NCBI GenBank assembly: GCA_965200965.1
Contig: OZ241744.1
Span: 352,001-416,000, forward strand
DNA length: 64,000 bases
Direction of reading: 5' to 3'
Origin: an uncultured Candidatus Binatia bacterium
GTDB lineage: Bacteria; Desulfobacterota; Binatia; Bin18
Below are positions 8,424 to 18,137 of this stretch, piece by piece (positions within the stretch are counted from its first letter, which is position 1; each line of letters starts with the position of its first letter). The notes beneath the pieces are model-generated. The model had not been told where the DNA came from. It did not search any database and worked only from the letters and a program-made list of their open reading frames with translations. The position numbers and the translations under genes are program-made.

Positions 8424-10004
8424 ATGTCTCTCTCGCCTTGCACTCGGCAAGGGTTCCTTGTCTGCATTCTGATGCTGGCACTTGGAACCCGCCTGTACGG
8501 CATAGGCTGGGGTGGGCCGTTTGTCTACCATCCCGACGAGCGCCTGGAGGTTGGCCATGCCCTGCGGATGGTGGCGACTCGAGACCTGCACCCCCACTTT
8601 TTTCTCAAGCCGACTCTGTTTCTTTACATCCAGGCGGCTGTTTTCTCTGTCGTGCAGTATGTGGCCGATACGCCTGTGTCTGAGGAAATGTACAGCCGGG
8701 GGTCTGTGTCACCGGACCCGCCGGCCTCCGCTTTCCTGTACCATTGGTGGGGCCGTTGTATCGCGGCCGTGGTCGGCGGTTTGTCGGTGCTGCTTGCGTA
8801 TGCGATAGGCCGGCGGCTCTACCATCCTGGTGTGGGCCTGTGGGCCGCGTTTTTTCTGAGCATTACGCCGCGCCACGCCCTGGAGTCGCACTACGCCGCG
8901 GTTGACGTGCCAGTGACCTGTGTGTGCCTGCTGGCCCTGTTGTTTACCGTGCGGGCTTTTCAGGCTGGGGAACGCAAAGACTGGGCCCTGGCCGGCCTGT
9001 TAGCCGGATTTGCCGCATCCACAAAGTATCCGGGCGGCCTCATCGTGCTGGCGTGTGTGGTGGCCTTGCTCCTCTCGCCCCCCCCCCCCGCACCAGGCTT
9101 TTTGACCGAACATTCCTGCTCGGCAGTGCCGGTATTGGGGCTGCATCTCTCATTGGCTTTGTGCTGGGGACCCCTTACGCCGTGCTTGATTTTTCTCAGT
9201 TCTTTTGGCATGGGATTGCCTACGAATGGAACCATTACAGCACCGGCCACCCTGGACAGGAAGGCACGGCAAATCACTGGTGGTATCTGCGCAATACCTT
9301 CTTCCACATCCTCGGACCTTCCCTAGAGCATTCCGGCCCTCGTCGGGCTTGTGCGAAGCCTGCTTCGCCCTACTCGACAGGGGTGTGTCCTCCTCAGTTT
9401 TCCTCTGCTGTACTTTCTTTTTGTCTCCTCTTTTACCGTCCGCTTTCCACGTCAGATGATGCCGCTCCTGCCGTTTGCCGCGATCTGGGGCGGGCTGGCG
9501 TGTGACATGGCCGGGCGGTGGCTGGCGGAACGCTGCCACGCCTGGGAAAAGCCGGCCTTGGAGCGATTCATCATCCCCGGGCTCGTGCTGCTCGTTGGAG
9601 TTTCGCCCTTCTGTATGGTTCTCCAGGATAGTTATCGTTTCTCTTTGCCTGATACCCGCTCTGTCGCTTCTGAGTGGATTGAGAAGAATCTTCGTAGGGG
9701 CACTCTGGTGCGTGAAGAGTTTACCCCGCAGGTACAGAATCTTCCCGTCTCACAAGTGCGCTACGATCCCTGGGGCATCGCCAAGCGGGAACTGGAGGCA
9801 TGGCGGGCAGAGGGAGTGAGATATCTGATTGTCAGTTCGTATCTATACGGGCTCTATTTTACCGACCCCGACAAGTATCACAAAGAGGTAGAAGGGTATC
9901 AGCGGATTTTTCAGCTCCCCCTGGTAGCCGAGTTTGTGCCCGGTAAGACGCTCCGGGGACCGCGTATTGGCATCTATGCGCTTGGCGAGCCAGGAGCGCG
10001 CTGA
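8424..10004 (+). pseudogene. ArnT/PMT (GT39/GT83-like) membrane glycosyltransferase with two frameshifts (real or assembly error)
   Basis: HPDE, P.L and A..TKY motifs in frame 8424. The protein continues in the 8924 frame after the C12 run at 9078-9089 (FVLGTPYAVLD), then returns to the first frame near 9325 (RFPRQMMPLLP, DTRSVASEWI). Confidence 0.75.
9078..9089 (+). repeat. C12 homopolymer at a frameshift
   Basis: Twelve consecutive C bases. Confidence 0.9.
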
Positions 10005-10051
10005 GCTTACTGGGCTTTGTGGGTGCAGGCCGCGGGGAGCATTCTTGCTTG

Positions 10052-11533
10052 TCAGGCCGACGCAGTCGTGCTCCGCTCCTTCCCGCTGGCCAGCTTCCAG
10101 CGGTCGCCAAGTTCCTCAGAGACGGCAAGCAGGGTCTCACGCAGGCTTGTGACCATCTCGTCGATCTGCTCTCTGGTGATGATCAGCGGGGGACACAGGG
10201 CGATGATGTTGGCCCCGCCCATGCGGGTCAGCAGGCCGCTGCGCAGCGCCCTCTCCCACACCCGGGCCACTACCTTGGTCTCAGCGGAAAACATCGCTTT
10301 GGTCTGTTTGTCCCTGACCAACTCAACGGCTGCCACCAGCCCCTTGCCGCGCACATCGCCGACAATCGGCAAGTCCTTGAGCGTGGCCAGCACCTTTTGC
10401 AGATAGCGGCCCTGCTCACGGGCTTTCTGTACCAGCTTCTCGCCTTTGATGATCTCCAGATTGGCCAGTCCCGCGGCGCACACGGTGGGGTGGCCGGTAT
10501 AGGTGTAGCCGTGCCAGAACGCTTGGTCGCCGGCCTTCAGAAAGGTCTGGAACATCTCTTCCTTGAACAGCACCACCCCGAGCGGTAAATAGCCGCTGGT
10601 AATGCCCTTGGCCGAGACCAGGATGTCGGGGCCAACGCTGGCCGAGGCAAACATGCTTCCGGTCCGGCCAAAGCCGGTGATGACCTCGTCACACACCAGC
10701 AGGATATTGTGCCGGGTGCAGAGTTCACGGATTCTGGGCAGCCATTCCTTGGGCGGAACGATCACGCCGCCCACGCCCTGGATTGGTTCGGCCACAAAGG
10801 CACCGATCGTTCCGGCTCCTTCGCGTTTGATGATCCGTTCCAGTTCATTGGCACAGTCCACCTGACAGGCGGGGTAGGTCTTGCCCAACTCACAGCGGTA
10901 GCAGTAGGGCCGGGCCATGTGGATGACGCCGGGCAGCCCCGGCTCAACCTGCTCGTTGAACAGCCCGATGCCGGTCAGGCTGGCCGCCCCGCTGGAGGTG
11001 CCGTGGTAGCCCTGCTTGAGCGTAATGAACTTGGTCTTCTTCGGCCTGCCCTTGGCCTTCCAATAGGCCCGAACAAGGCGAATCATGGTCTCGTTTGATT
11101 CGGAGCCACCCGAGGTAAAAATCACCCGCCGCAGGCCCCTTGGTCCAATTTTGACCAGCTTGGTGGCCAACTCAACGGTCGGGGCCGAGGTCGGTCCGAT
11201 GAGGGTCGGGGCAAAGGCGAGCTGATCCATCTGCGCGGCAACCGCGCGGGTAATTTCTTTGCGACCGTGGCCGACATGCACATTCCACAGCGAGGCCAGC
11301 CCATCGAGATAGCGTTTCCCATCCATATCCCACAGATAGACGCCCTCGCCCCTGACAAAGATGGGCAGGCCGCGCTCTTGGTGCATGCGCAGCGGCACAA
11401 AGCCATGCACCAGATGAGCCTTGTCCTGTTGCTGTAAGGCTTTGGCCTGTTTGCTATTGATAGGGGTCGCCGCGGTAGTGGACCGGGGGCGGAGTGGAAT
11501 AACCGTGGCCGATTTTTTTGCTGTGTGTGACAT
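10052..11533 (-). CDS. Class III PLP aminotransferase (omega-amine/putrescine:pyruvate type)
   Basis: Motifs YLDG.ASLW, GGSES.E, EPIQG.GG, DEVITGFGRTG, AKGITSGY.P, HGYTY.GHP; ATG at 11533. Confidence 0.9.
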   Translation of the reverse strand: MSHTAKKSATVIPLRPRSTTAATPINSKQAKALQQQDKAHLVHGFVPLRMHQERGLPIFVRGEGVYLWDMDGKRYLDGLASLWNVHVGHGRKEITRAVAAQMDQLAFAPTLIGPTSAPTVELATKLVKIGPRGLRRVIFTSGGSESNETMIRLVRAYWKAKGRPKKTKFITLKQGYHGTSSGAASLTGIGLFNEQVEPGLPGVIHMARPYCYRCELGKTYPACQVDCANELERIIKREGAGTIGAFVAEPIQGVGGVIVPPKEWLPRIRELCTRHNILLVCDEVITGFGRTGSMFASASVGPDILVSAKGITSGYLPLGVVLFKEEMFQTFLKAGDQAFWHGYTYTGHPTVCAAGLANLEIIKGEKLVQKAREQGRYLQKVLATLKDLPIVGDVRGKGLVAAVELVRDKQTKAMFSAETKVVARVWERALRSGLLTRMGGANIIALCPPLIITREQIDEMVTSLRETLLAVSEELGDRWKLASGKERSTTASA

Positions 11534-11573
11534 GCCCTTCCTCCCTGTGGCTGACGTTGCGCCTGCCTGCGCA

Positions 11574-11604
11574 TTGACAGCGTGCTCTTTTGAGGCACTA
11601 TACT
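11574..11604 (+). promoter_or_regulatory. Promoter with 19-bp spacer and internal dyad, upstream of the AKR gene
   Basis: TTGACA-gcGTGCTCttttGAGGCAC-TATACT. Confidence 0.55.
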
Positions 11605-11654
11605 CCTTCTGTTCCATTCTTCTAATAGCATCTTCTGGGAGCGGAGGAAGAGAT

Positions 11655-12671
11655 ATGAAAACGCGCCGCCTGGGCCGAACCGGGCTCACAGTGTCGGAAA
11701 TTTGTCTTGGAACGATGACCTTTGGACGCCAGTGTGACGAAGCGTTGAGCTTCGCCATTATGGATACCGCGCTTGAGGCTGGGGCTGATTTTTTTGACAC
11801 CGCGGATGTCTATCCGGCCGGCGGGGACGCCTCAACGGTCGGCCGGACCGAGGAGATTGTCGGCAGGTGGCTCAAGGGCAGACGCGGGCAGATTGTCCTG
11901 GCCACCAAGTGCTGGGGCGCAATGGGGCCGTATCCGAACGACCGCGGCCTGTCCCGCAAACACATTCTGGCCGCCATAGACGAGAGTTTGCGCCGGCTGC
12001 AAACCGACTACATTGACCTCTACCAGGTCCACGCGCCGGACCCTGACACCCCGCTGGACGAGACCCTGGCTGCGCTTGACGATGTGGTCCGGCAGGGCAA
12101 GGCACGCTACATCGGGTGTTCAAACTTTCAGGCCTGGCTCCTGGCCAAAGCCCTGTGGACCAGCGATATGCGCCGGCTGGCCCGTTTTGACTGCGTGCAG
12201 CCGCGCTATAATATGCTGTTTCGGGAGATCGAGCATGAACTGCTGCCGCTCTGCCGCGACCAAGGCGTCGGCGTTATCCCCTATAATCCCCTGGCCGGCG
12301 GCTTTCTGACCGGTAAGCACCTGGGCAGCCGGGCCGACCAAGCGCCCTCGGCCAATACACGCTTCGCCCTGGAGGGCCAGGCCGGCAAAAGGTACAAGCA
12401 ACGCTACTGGCAGGAAGCCCAGTTTGCCGCGGTGGCTCACCTCCACGAGTTCTTTTCGACCCGCAACAAGCCTCTGACCCAGGTCGCCATTGCCTGGGTC
12501 CTGGCCCAGCCCGGGATTACGGCCCCGATTGTCGGCGCGACCTCGCCCGAGCATCTGCGTCAATCGCTGCCCGCGGTTGAGTTGAGCCTGGACGAAGAGG
12601 AGATGGCGGTGTGTGACGCGGTGTGGTTTGCGCTGCCCCGGCGGGCCGACCCGGCGGTCGCGCTGCGCTAG
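11655..12671 (+). CDS. Aldo/keto reductase (Tas/YajO-like)
   Basis: Motifs LGTMTFG, FDTADVY, ATK, SLRRLQTDYIDLYQVH, GCSN, PLAGGFLTGK; GGAGG RBS. Confidence 0.93.
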   Translation: MKTRRLGRTGLTVSEICLGTMTFGRQCDEALSFAIMDTALEAGADFFDTADVYPAGGDASTVGRTEEIVGRWLKGRRGQIVLATKCWGAMGPYPNDRGLSRKHILAAIDESLRRLQTDYIDLYQVHAPDPDTPLDETLAALDDVVRQGKARYIGCSNFQAWLLAKALWTSDMRRLARFDCVQPRYNMLFREIEHELLPLCRDQGVGVIPYNPLAGGFLTGKHLGSRADQAPSANTRFALEGQAGKRYKQRYWQEAQFAAVAHLHEFFSTRNKPLTQVAIAWVLAQPGITAPIVGATSPEHLRQSLPAVELSLDEEEMAVCDAVWFALPRRADPAVALR

Positions 12672-12676
12672 ACCCC

Positions 12677-13918
12677 TCACAGCATTTCGTAAAAGCTGCC
12701 CTCGCCGGGCACAAACAGGCGGCTGTAGAAGCGCATCGCGTAGGAGTCGGTCATGCTGGCCAGGAAGTCGCAGATCACCCGTTTGCGGGCCGGCTCATCG
12801 CCCTCACACAGGGCGCGCTGATAGTGCTCGCCCTGCTCTTCGGGCAGCAGGCCGACCGATTCCCGGCCCTGGTCAAGGACCTCAAACAAGCGCTGCAAGA
12901 CCTCTTTGCCCTTGTAGCTCAGGGTGTTGACGCGCGGGTTGCGGATCACCTTCTGCGATTCAAAGGCTTTCAGCACCTCAATCCGCACCCGCTCGGAGAA
13001 GGCGGCGTCAATGCGTCCGTCCGACTGGCGGCTGACCGTGGTGGCAAAGGCGCAGATGAGATCGCGGGTCAGCATCTTATGCGATGGCTGGCCGGCCGCA
13101 CGTTCCAGAGATTCGAGCTGGGCCGCAATCTGGATGAGGACCGCCCGGACCGTTTCGGCGTCAATCGTCTGTTGCCAGGCGGTGAGCGCGGCGTTGACCT
13201 CGGCAAGCAGCCCCTGGACCGGAACGCGGTGAAAATCGGCCACCGTGACCAGCCCGGCCTGGAGGCTGTCTTCGAGGTCATGCACCGAATAGGCGATGTC
13301 ATCGGCCACGTCCATAATCTGGCACTCCGGGCTGCGCTGCCGGCCGCTGCCAGTCGAACGGGTGATAGCCTCAACCAGCTCACGGTCTGCGGCGTAATAG
13401 CCCTTGAGCGGTTCGTGCCGGGCCGGCACCAGGATCTGGGGATCAAGACAGGTCTTGTACTTCAGCAGGCCGTCGAGGCTGGGGTAGGTGAGGTTCAGGC
13501 CGGCGTAGGCGCTGTGTTTGCGCTCCAGGCGGGTGACGATGCGGAAGGTCTGGGCGTTGCTCTCAAAACCGCCGCAGTCGCGCATGCAGGCGTGCAGCAG
13601 GCGTTCGCCGGCGTGTCCGAACGGCGGGTGGCCGAGGTCGTGGGCCAGGCAGATCGTCTCGACCAGGTCGGTATCCGCGCCCAGCGACAGCGCAATCCCC
13701 TTGGCGATCTGAGCGACTTCGAGCGAGTGGGTGAGGCGGGTCCGAAAAAAATCGCCCTCATACACCCCGAACACCTGGGTTTTGCCCTGGAGGCGACGGA
13801 AGGCCGCGGAGTGAATAATCCGGGCCCGGTCGTGCTCAAACTCGGACCGTCGGTCGTTGGCCGGCCGGGGCGGCTCCGGGGTGTGCCGGGGGGCGTGTGA
13901 GGGACGGGCAAAATGCAC
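12677..13918 (-). CDS. dgt: dNTP/dGTP triphosphohydrolase (HD domain)
   Basis: Motifs FRRLQGKTQV, RTRLTHSLEVAQ, HDLGHPPFGH, NAQTFR, ADDIAYSVHDLED; GTG at 13918 after AGGAGG. Confidence 0.9.
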   Translation of the reverse strand: MHFARPSHAPRHTPEPPRPANDRRSEFEHDRARIIHSAAFRRLQGKTQVFGVYEGDFFRTRLTHSLEVAQIAKGIALSLGADTDLVETICLAHDLGHPPFGHAGERLLHACMRDCGGFESNAQTFRIVTRLERKHSAYAGLNLTYPSLDGLLKYKTCLDPQILVPARHEPLKGYYAADRELVEAITRSTGSGRQRSPECQIMDVADDIAYSVHDLEDSLQAGLVTVADFHRVPVQGLLAEVNAALTAWQQTIDAETVRAVLIQIAAQLESLERAAGQPSHKMLTRDLICAFATTVSRQSDGRIDAAFSERVRIEVLKAFESQKVIRNPRVNTLSYKGKEVLQRLFEVLDQGRESVGLLPEEQGEHYQRALCEGDEPARKRVICDFLASMTDSYAMRFYSRLFVPGEGSFYEML

Positions 13919-14030
13919 GAGGCGGCCTCCTTTTGCTGGCCGCTCAGGATACACATGGGCGGGTGCTGTTCGCAAGCACCTGAACCCCTCAAAGGCTGGA
14001 CATTCTCCCTGGAGCGTGAATAATAATTCA

Positions 14031-14639
14031 GTGGAAATTGAAGAGAAAATACGACAACTCGCCGATAAGTACGCTTCCAATCCTGAGGCTCGTGTGAAGC
14101 AGCGTGTGGAGGAAATGGAGGCGGACGATAAGATCCATCGCTTGATCTATCGCCTACTTGGTGTAACCGATGAGGAAGGGAATCCCATAGATGTCTACCA
14201 GAACAAGGGACGATTTCTTTACAAATACGCGGGGTCATTTCTGGAAGAAGCGACGCAGCTTTGCTTTCGAGAGCGGTATCCAGACTCTTCTTCGACCCGA
14301 ATACCGAACACGTTGGGACTGCGCCCTGAGACGTTCGAGATTGATTGCCTTGTTGAAGACCGGGACGCCATAGAGATTAAGTGGCGTGACGCTCCAACGG
14401 ATGGCGATCATATCACCAAAGAGCATACGCGGATGCAAAACATCAAAGCTGCTGGATACAAGCCCATCCGTATAATGTTCTACTATCCGAATCGAGAGCA
14501 GGCCCGGCGAATCCAGAACACGCTTGAAACCCTCTACACTGGCGCGGGCGGCGAGTACCACAGCGAAAGAGCGCGTTGGTTTTCCCACACAGAAGCCTAT
14601 CCTCTTGATGAAGCAAATTGTGGAACTCGTGACGGATGA
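14031..14639 (+). pseudogene. ApaLI-family type II restriction endonuclease, C-terminally truncated
   Basis: Motifs YQNKGRFLYKYAGSFLEEA, FEIDCL...EIKWRD, PIRIMFYYPNR. Family-like sequence stops near 14560, where the MTase remnant begins. Visibly lower GC than the flanks. Confidence 0.7.
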
Positions 14640-15153
14640 AGGGGATTGGGTGCTAGACCCGTTCTGTGGCAGCGGAACGACGCTTGTTACGTCAAAACTC
14701 CTAAAGAGGAACGCAATAGGGATTGATATTGCTGGGGAAGCAATCGAATTGGCGAAACGAAGAATCGAAAGCCCTATTTTCACGGAATCGCTTCTCCTTC
14801 AGAAGGGTCGGGAATCATACCGTCAGCATGAATCTGCTGTCGCTGCCCATCTCGTGGGCGTCGCCTACACGCCTGTTCATCGAAACAGAGGCATTGATGG
14901 CCTGTTGAAAGAAGAAATCGACGGTTTCCCCGTCTTCGTTCGGGTCCAGCGTGAAGAAGAATCTCTCGGTCAGACCATCGCCGCTTTGAGGAAGGCGGCA
15001 AAGGATAAAGGCGCTTGCAGGCTCGTCGTTGTCGCTATGCGGGCAGATTTGATCGAGGACGATTGCTCGGCAGACATAGAAGTTATTCCATCGACCGCAT
15101 TGGCATTGAATGCCTGCACAAGCAGGAGAAGGTCGAGAACGGCCCGGCGGTAG
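14562..15153 (+). pseudogene. C-terminal remnant of a beta-class N4/N6 DNA methyltransferase
   Basis: ERVGFPTQKP and VLDPFCGSGTT (motif I) are present. The N-terminal catalytic DPPY-type motif and a proper start are missing. Confidence 0.8.
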
Positions 15154-15205
15154 CCAAGCCCCCCCCGGCTATGCTCTAATCCCTCCCCGAAACAGGAGGG
15201 CTGCC

Positions 15206-16375
15206 ATGTCGATTGAAACCCTGATGGACAAAGCCGCGATTGTTGGCGTTGGGCACACCGAGTATTCCAAGGACTCGGGCCGCAGCGAGATCAGCTTGGC
15301 CATTGAGTGCATTCGGAACGCCGTTGACGATGCCGGCTTGCAGACCCGCGATATTGACGGCATCGCCAAGTATACGATGGACAATAACGACCCGGTCGAG
15401 CTGGCCGCCCACCTTGGGGTGCCCGATCTGCGCTTCTTTGGCGAGGTGGCCTACGGCGGGGGCGGTGGTCCGGTCGGCTCGGTCCTGCTGGCGGCTATGG
15501 CGGTGGCGACCGGCATGGCCGAGACGGTCATCGCCTTTCGCGCCATGAATGAACGCTCGGGCCGGGGCACGCCCCGCTTCGGTCAGGCCGCGGTCCGCCG
15601 CGGCGCGCCGGGGGGCGGGGCCTACCTCGAACCCTACGGGCTGTTCAGTCCGGCCCAGATGGTTGCCCTGGCGGCCCGTCGGCATATGCACCTGTACGAA
15701 ACCAGGAGCGAGCATTTTGGCGCGATTGCGGTTGCCTGCCGCGCCCACGCCCAGACCAACCCCAACGCGGTCATGCGCGACCGCCCGATCACGCTCGAAG
15801 ACCACCAGAACTCGCGCCTGATCGCCGATCCGCTGCGCCTGCTCGACTGCTGCCTGGAGACCGACGGCGGGGCCGCGGTGGTGATTACCAGCGCCGAGCG
15901 GGCCAAAGACCTCAAACACAAGCCGGTGTTCATTATGAGCGGCGGGTTTGGGGCCGGCGAGTGGAACACCCAGCGGGTGGTCAAGGACATTGAAAGCCGC
16001 GAGACCGAATCAACCGTGGTGGCCAAAGCCATGTTTGGCCGCGCCGGCATCAGCCATGCTGACCTCGATATGTGCTATCTGTATGACCACTTCACCCCAC
16101 TGGTCCTGATGGCCTTTGAAGAACTCGGTTTTTGCAAGCGCGGCGAGGGTGGCCCGTTTGTGTCGGACGGCAAGCTGCTGTGGCCGGACGGCAGACTGCC
16201 GTTCAATACCAGCGGCGGGAATCTGTCGGAGGGCTACATCCACGGCATGGAAAACATTGTCGAAGCCGTGCGCCAACTGCGCGGACAGGCGATCAATCAG
16301 GTCCAGGACGCTGAGATCGCCCTGGTGACTTCGGGTAACGGTGTGCCCAATACGGGCATGATCCTGCACAACTGA
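15206..16375 (+). CDS. Thiolase-like lipid-transfer protein (SCP-x/Ltp family)
   Basis: Motifs AAIVGVG, NPNA, PLRLLDCCLETDGG.A, YDHFT, NTSGGNLSEGYIHG; AGGAGG RBS. Confidence 0.88.
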   Translation: MSIETLMDKAAIVGVGHTEYSKDSGRSEISLAIECIRNAVDDAGLQTRDIDGIAKYTMDNNDPVELAAHLGVPDLRFFGEVAYGGGGGPVGSVLLAAMAVATGMAETVIAFRAMNERSGRGTPRFGQAAVRRGAPGGGAYLEPYGLFSPAQMVALAARRHMHLYETRSEHFGAIAVACRAHAQTNPNAVMRDRPITLEDHQNSRLIADPLRLLDCCLETDGGAAVVITSAERAKDLKHKPVFIMSGGFGAGEWNTQRVVKDIESRETESTVVAKAMFGRAGISHADLDMCYLYDHFTPLVLMAFEELGFCKRGEGGPFVSDGKLLWPDGRLPFNTSGGNLSEGYIHGMENIVEAVRQLRGQAINQVQDAEIALVTSGNGVPNTGMILHN

Positions 16376-16570
16376 CTAGCCGTCTGGCCGCGGCCTATAG
16401 CCCGGACACTCCAGGACCGGCAGACGGGGGTATCTGGCATACCGCCCGTCGGTCTGCTCGGCCCGCAGGCAGTACAAAAATCGTGAGCCTTTTGCGCTGA
16501 TAATCTTGCGCGCGTAATCACAGCTGTGGCATAAGCCGGGTGGCGGCGGGGCTGGTCGGTGTGTGTCCAT
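16376..16570 (-). CDS. Small Cys-rich hypothetical protein (possible Zn-binding)
   Basis: GLCHSC...YC...YPRLPVLECPGY; GCAGGA RBS-like sequence; 11 nt downstream of the lipoprotein gene. Confidence 0.6.
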   Translation of the reverse strand: MDTHRPAPPPPGLCHSCDYARKIISAKGSRFLYCLRAEQTDGRYARYPRLPVLECPGYRPRPDG

Positions 16571-16581
16571 GCGTCCTGCTC

Positions 16582-17199
16582 TTAGTCTGGCTTGACCAGC
16601 GGTCTGAGGTCGGCCGCCAGTTGGTCCAGAAGAACACCGAGGTTGTGGCTCATGGCTTCAGCCACCGCGGCGGGATTGCGCCTGACAGCTTGGCGGCTGA
16701 CCGCATAGGACTCAAACCAGAACGGCGTGCGCTGCGGGGGGCGGCTGAGCCAGACCTCAAGGCCCAGGGCAGCTTCCCAGGTCTGCTCGCCGTCAAGCTC
16801 CTCAATGCGCCGCACGGTCCCGCCCAACACATAGTCGGCCTGCCCGTCGGAGCTGGGAAAGACCTTGGCGAACAGCCCGCTGCTGCGCAGATACCGCCGC
16901 GTCCAGTCTGTCACCTGCTCGGCCGGTGAGCTGGCCCAGCGGTGATAGGTATAAAAGGCGAGTTGATACGGCGACGGGCGGTAGACCAGTCGGTGCTGGT
17001 CGTAAGGCTCATGGGCGCTGAAGGTCCGGACCACCAGGCTCGGAGCGGCGTTTGTGGCTGGCTCGGGCGGGAGCGGCAGAGTGAGCACATAGTAGTGGAC
17101 TGCGGGGGCCGGCCGGAGCGGGCCGCAGCCGGCCAGGAGCAGGCCGCACAGGCACAAGAAAACGTGGTGCGGGCGATTGGATTTCCAGAATACCGTCAT
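16582..17199 (-). CDS. ABC-transport auxiliary lipoprotein (PqiC-like)
   Basis: LAGC lipobox; motifs YYVL, LVYR, Y..HRWA..P. Confidence 0.8.
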   Translation of the reverse strand: MTVFWKSNRPHHVFLCLCGLLLAGCGPLRPAPAVHYYVLTLPLPPEPATNAAPSLVVRTFSAHEPYDQHRLVYRPSPYQLAFYTYHRWASSPAEQVTDWTRRYLRSSGLFAKVFPSSDGQADYVLGGTVRRIEELDGEQTWEAALGLEVWLSRPPQRTPFWFESYAVSRQAVRRNPAAVAEAMSHNLGVLLDQLAADLRPLVKPD

Positions 17200-18137
17200 G
17201 GATCAGGAAGCTCTCGCGGCGGCCGGTTTTTGCCCCAGATGAGGCCGGCCGGGTCGGTCCGGATCGTATCGCTGGCCTCTTTCAGGTCGTGCGAGGCCGC
17301 GGCCAGGTTGGTCAGCAGCTGGTGCAGTTGGGGCCGGTTTTCGACCACCAGCTCATCAATATGCCGGGTCAACTGGGCGACCTCATCGGCCAGCCGGGCG
17401 GTCATTTCTGCGGTGTGGCGGATCTGGACCAGCATGGTCTGGCCGTCCCGAAAGAGTTCGCCCCGGACCTCGTTGATAGCACTGGTGGTATGCCTGATTC
17501 CGGCGGCCGCCTCGGCCAGATTCTTAATCATCGCCCGGAGGGCCAGCTTGGTCTCCGGCGTAGCAATGTCGCCGAGCGAGGTCCGCAGATTCTCGGCCAG
17601 GGCCGACATGCTGTGCAGAAATGCAGCGAGTGCCTCCCGGTTGCGTTGGCTCAGCAGGTCTTGTTCAATACGGGTCAGGGTGTTGATCAAGCGCTGGGCA
17701 ATTTCGCTGGCCTGGTCCCGAAACTCCTCAAGGCCGCCCTCGCGGACCACAATCGTCCCGCCGGGCTCCAGCAAGGGGGCGTCTGCCGAGCCGCCCTCAA
17801 GCTGAACAAATCGAATCCCGGTCACAAACGACCCGACCAGATGGGCGATAGTATCGCGCCGGACCGGCGTTCCGGGCTGGAGTGCGATGATGACTTGGGC
17901 GCGCGGTGGCGTCTCTGCGGTCAGGCGCAGGGCCTCCACCTTGCCGACGGTGACGCCCTGATACTCAACCGCGGCCCCGGGCAACAGCCCGCTGACCGAC
18001 CGGGTGAAGTAGATAGCGTAGGTATCGACCGGCTGGAAAAAGCGTGAGCCGGCCAGCCACAGAATGGCCGCGGCAAACAGAAAGAAGCTGAGGGTGACAA
18101 ACAGGCCGACTTTGAGTCGGGTTTTGCTATGCTCCAT
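17196..18137 (-). CDS. mlaD: MlaD/MCE-domain protein with helical extension
   Basis: Motifs VGLFV plus TM, SVSGL..GAAV.YQGV.VGKV, TG..FVQL.GG. Confidence 0.85.
   Translation of the reverse strand: MEHSKTRLKVGLFVTLSFFLFAAAILWLAGSRFFQPVDTYAIYFTRSVSGLLPGAAVEYQGVTVGKVEALRLTAETPPRAQVIIALQPGTPVRRDTIAHLVGSFVTGIRFVQLEGGSADAPLLEPGGTIVVREGGLEEFRDQASEIAQRLINTLTRIEQDLLSQRNREALAAFLHSMSALAENLRTSLGDIATPETKLALRAMIKNLAEAAAGIRHTTSAINEVRGELFRDGQTMLVQIRHTAEMTARLADEVAQLTRHIDELVVENRPQLHQLLTNLAAASHDLKEASDTIRTDPAGLIWGKNRPPRELPDP

Noticed and set aside
14524-14639. Programmed frameshift fusing the REase and MTase
   Set aside because: No slippery site, and the MTase lacks its catalytic motif, so a deletion explains the junction better.
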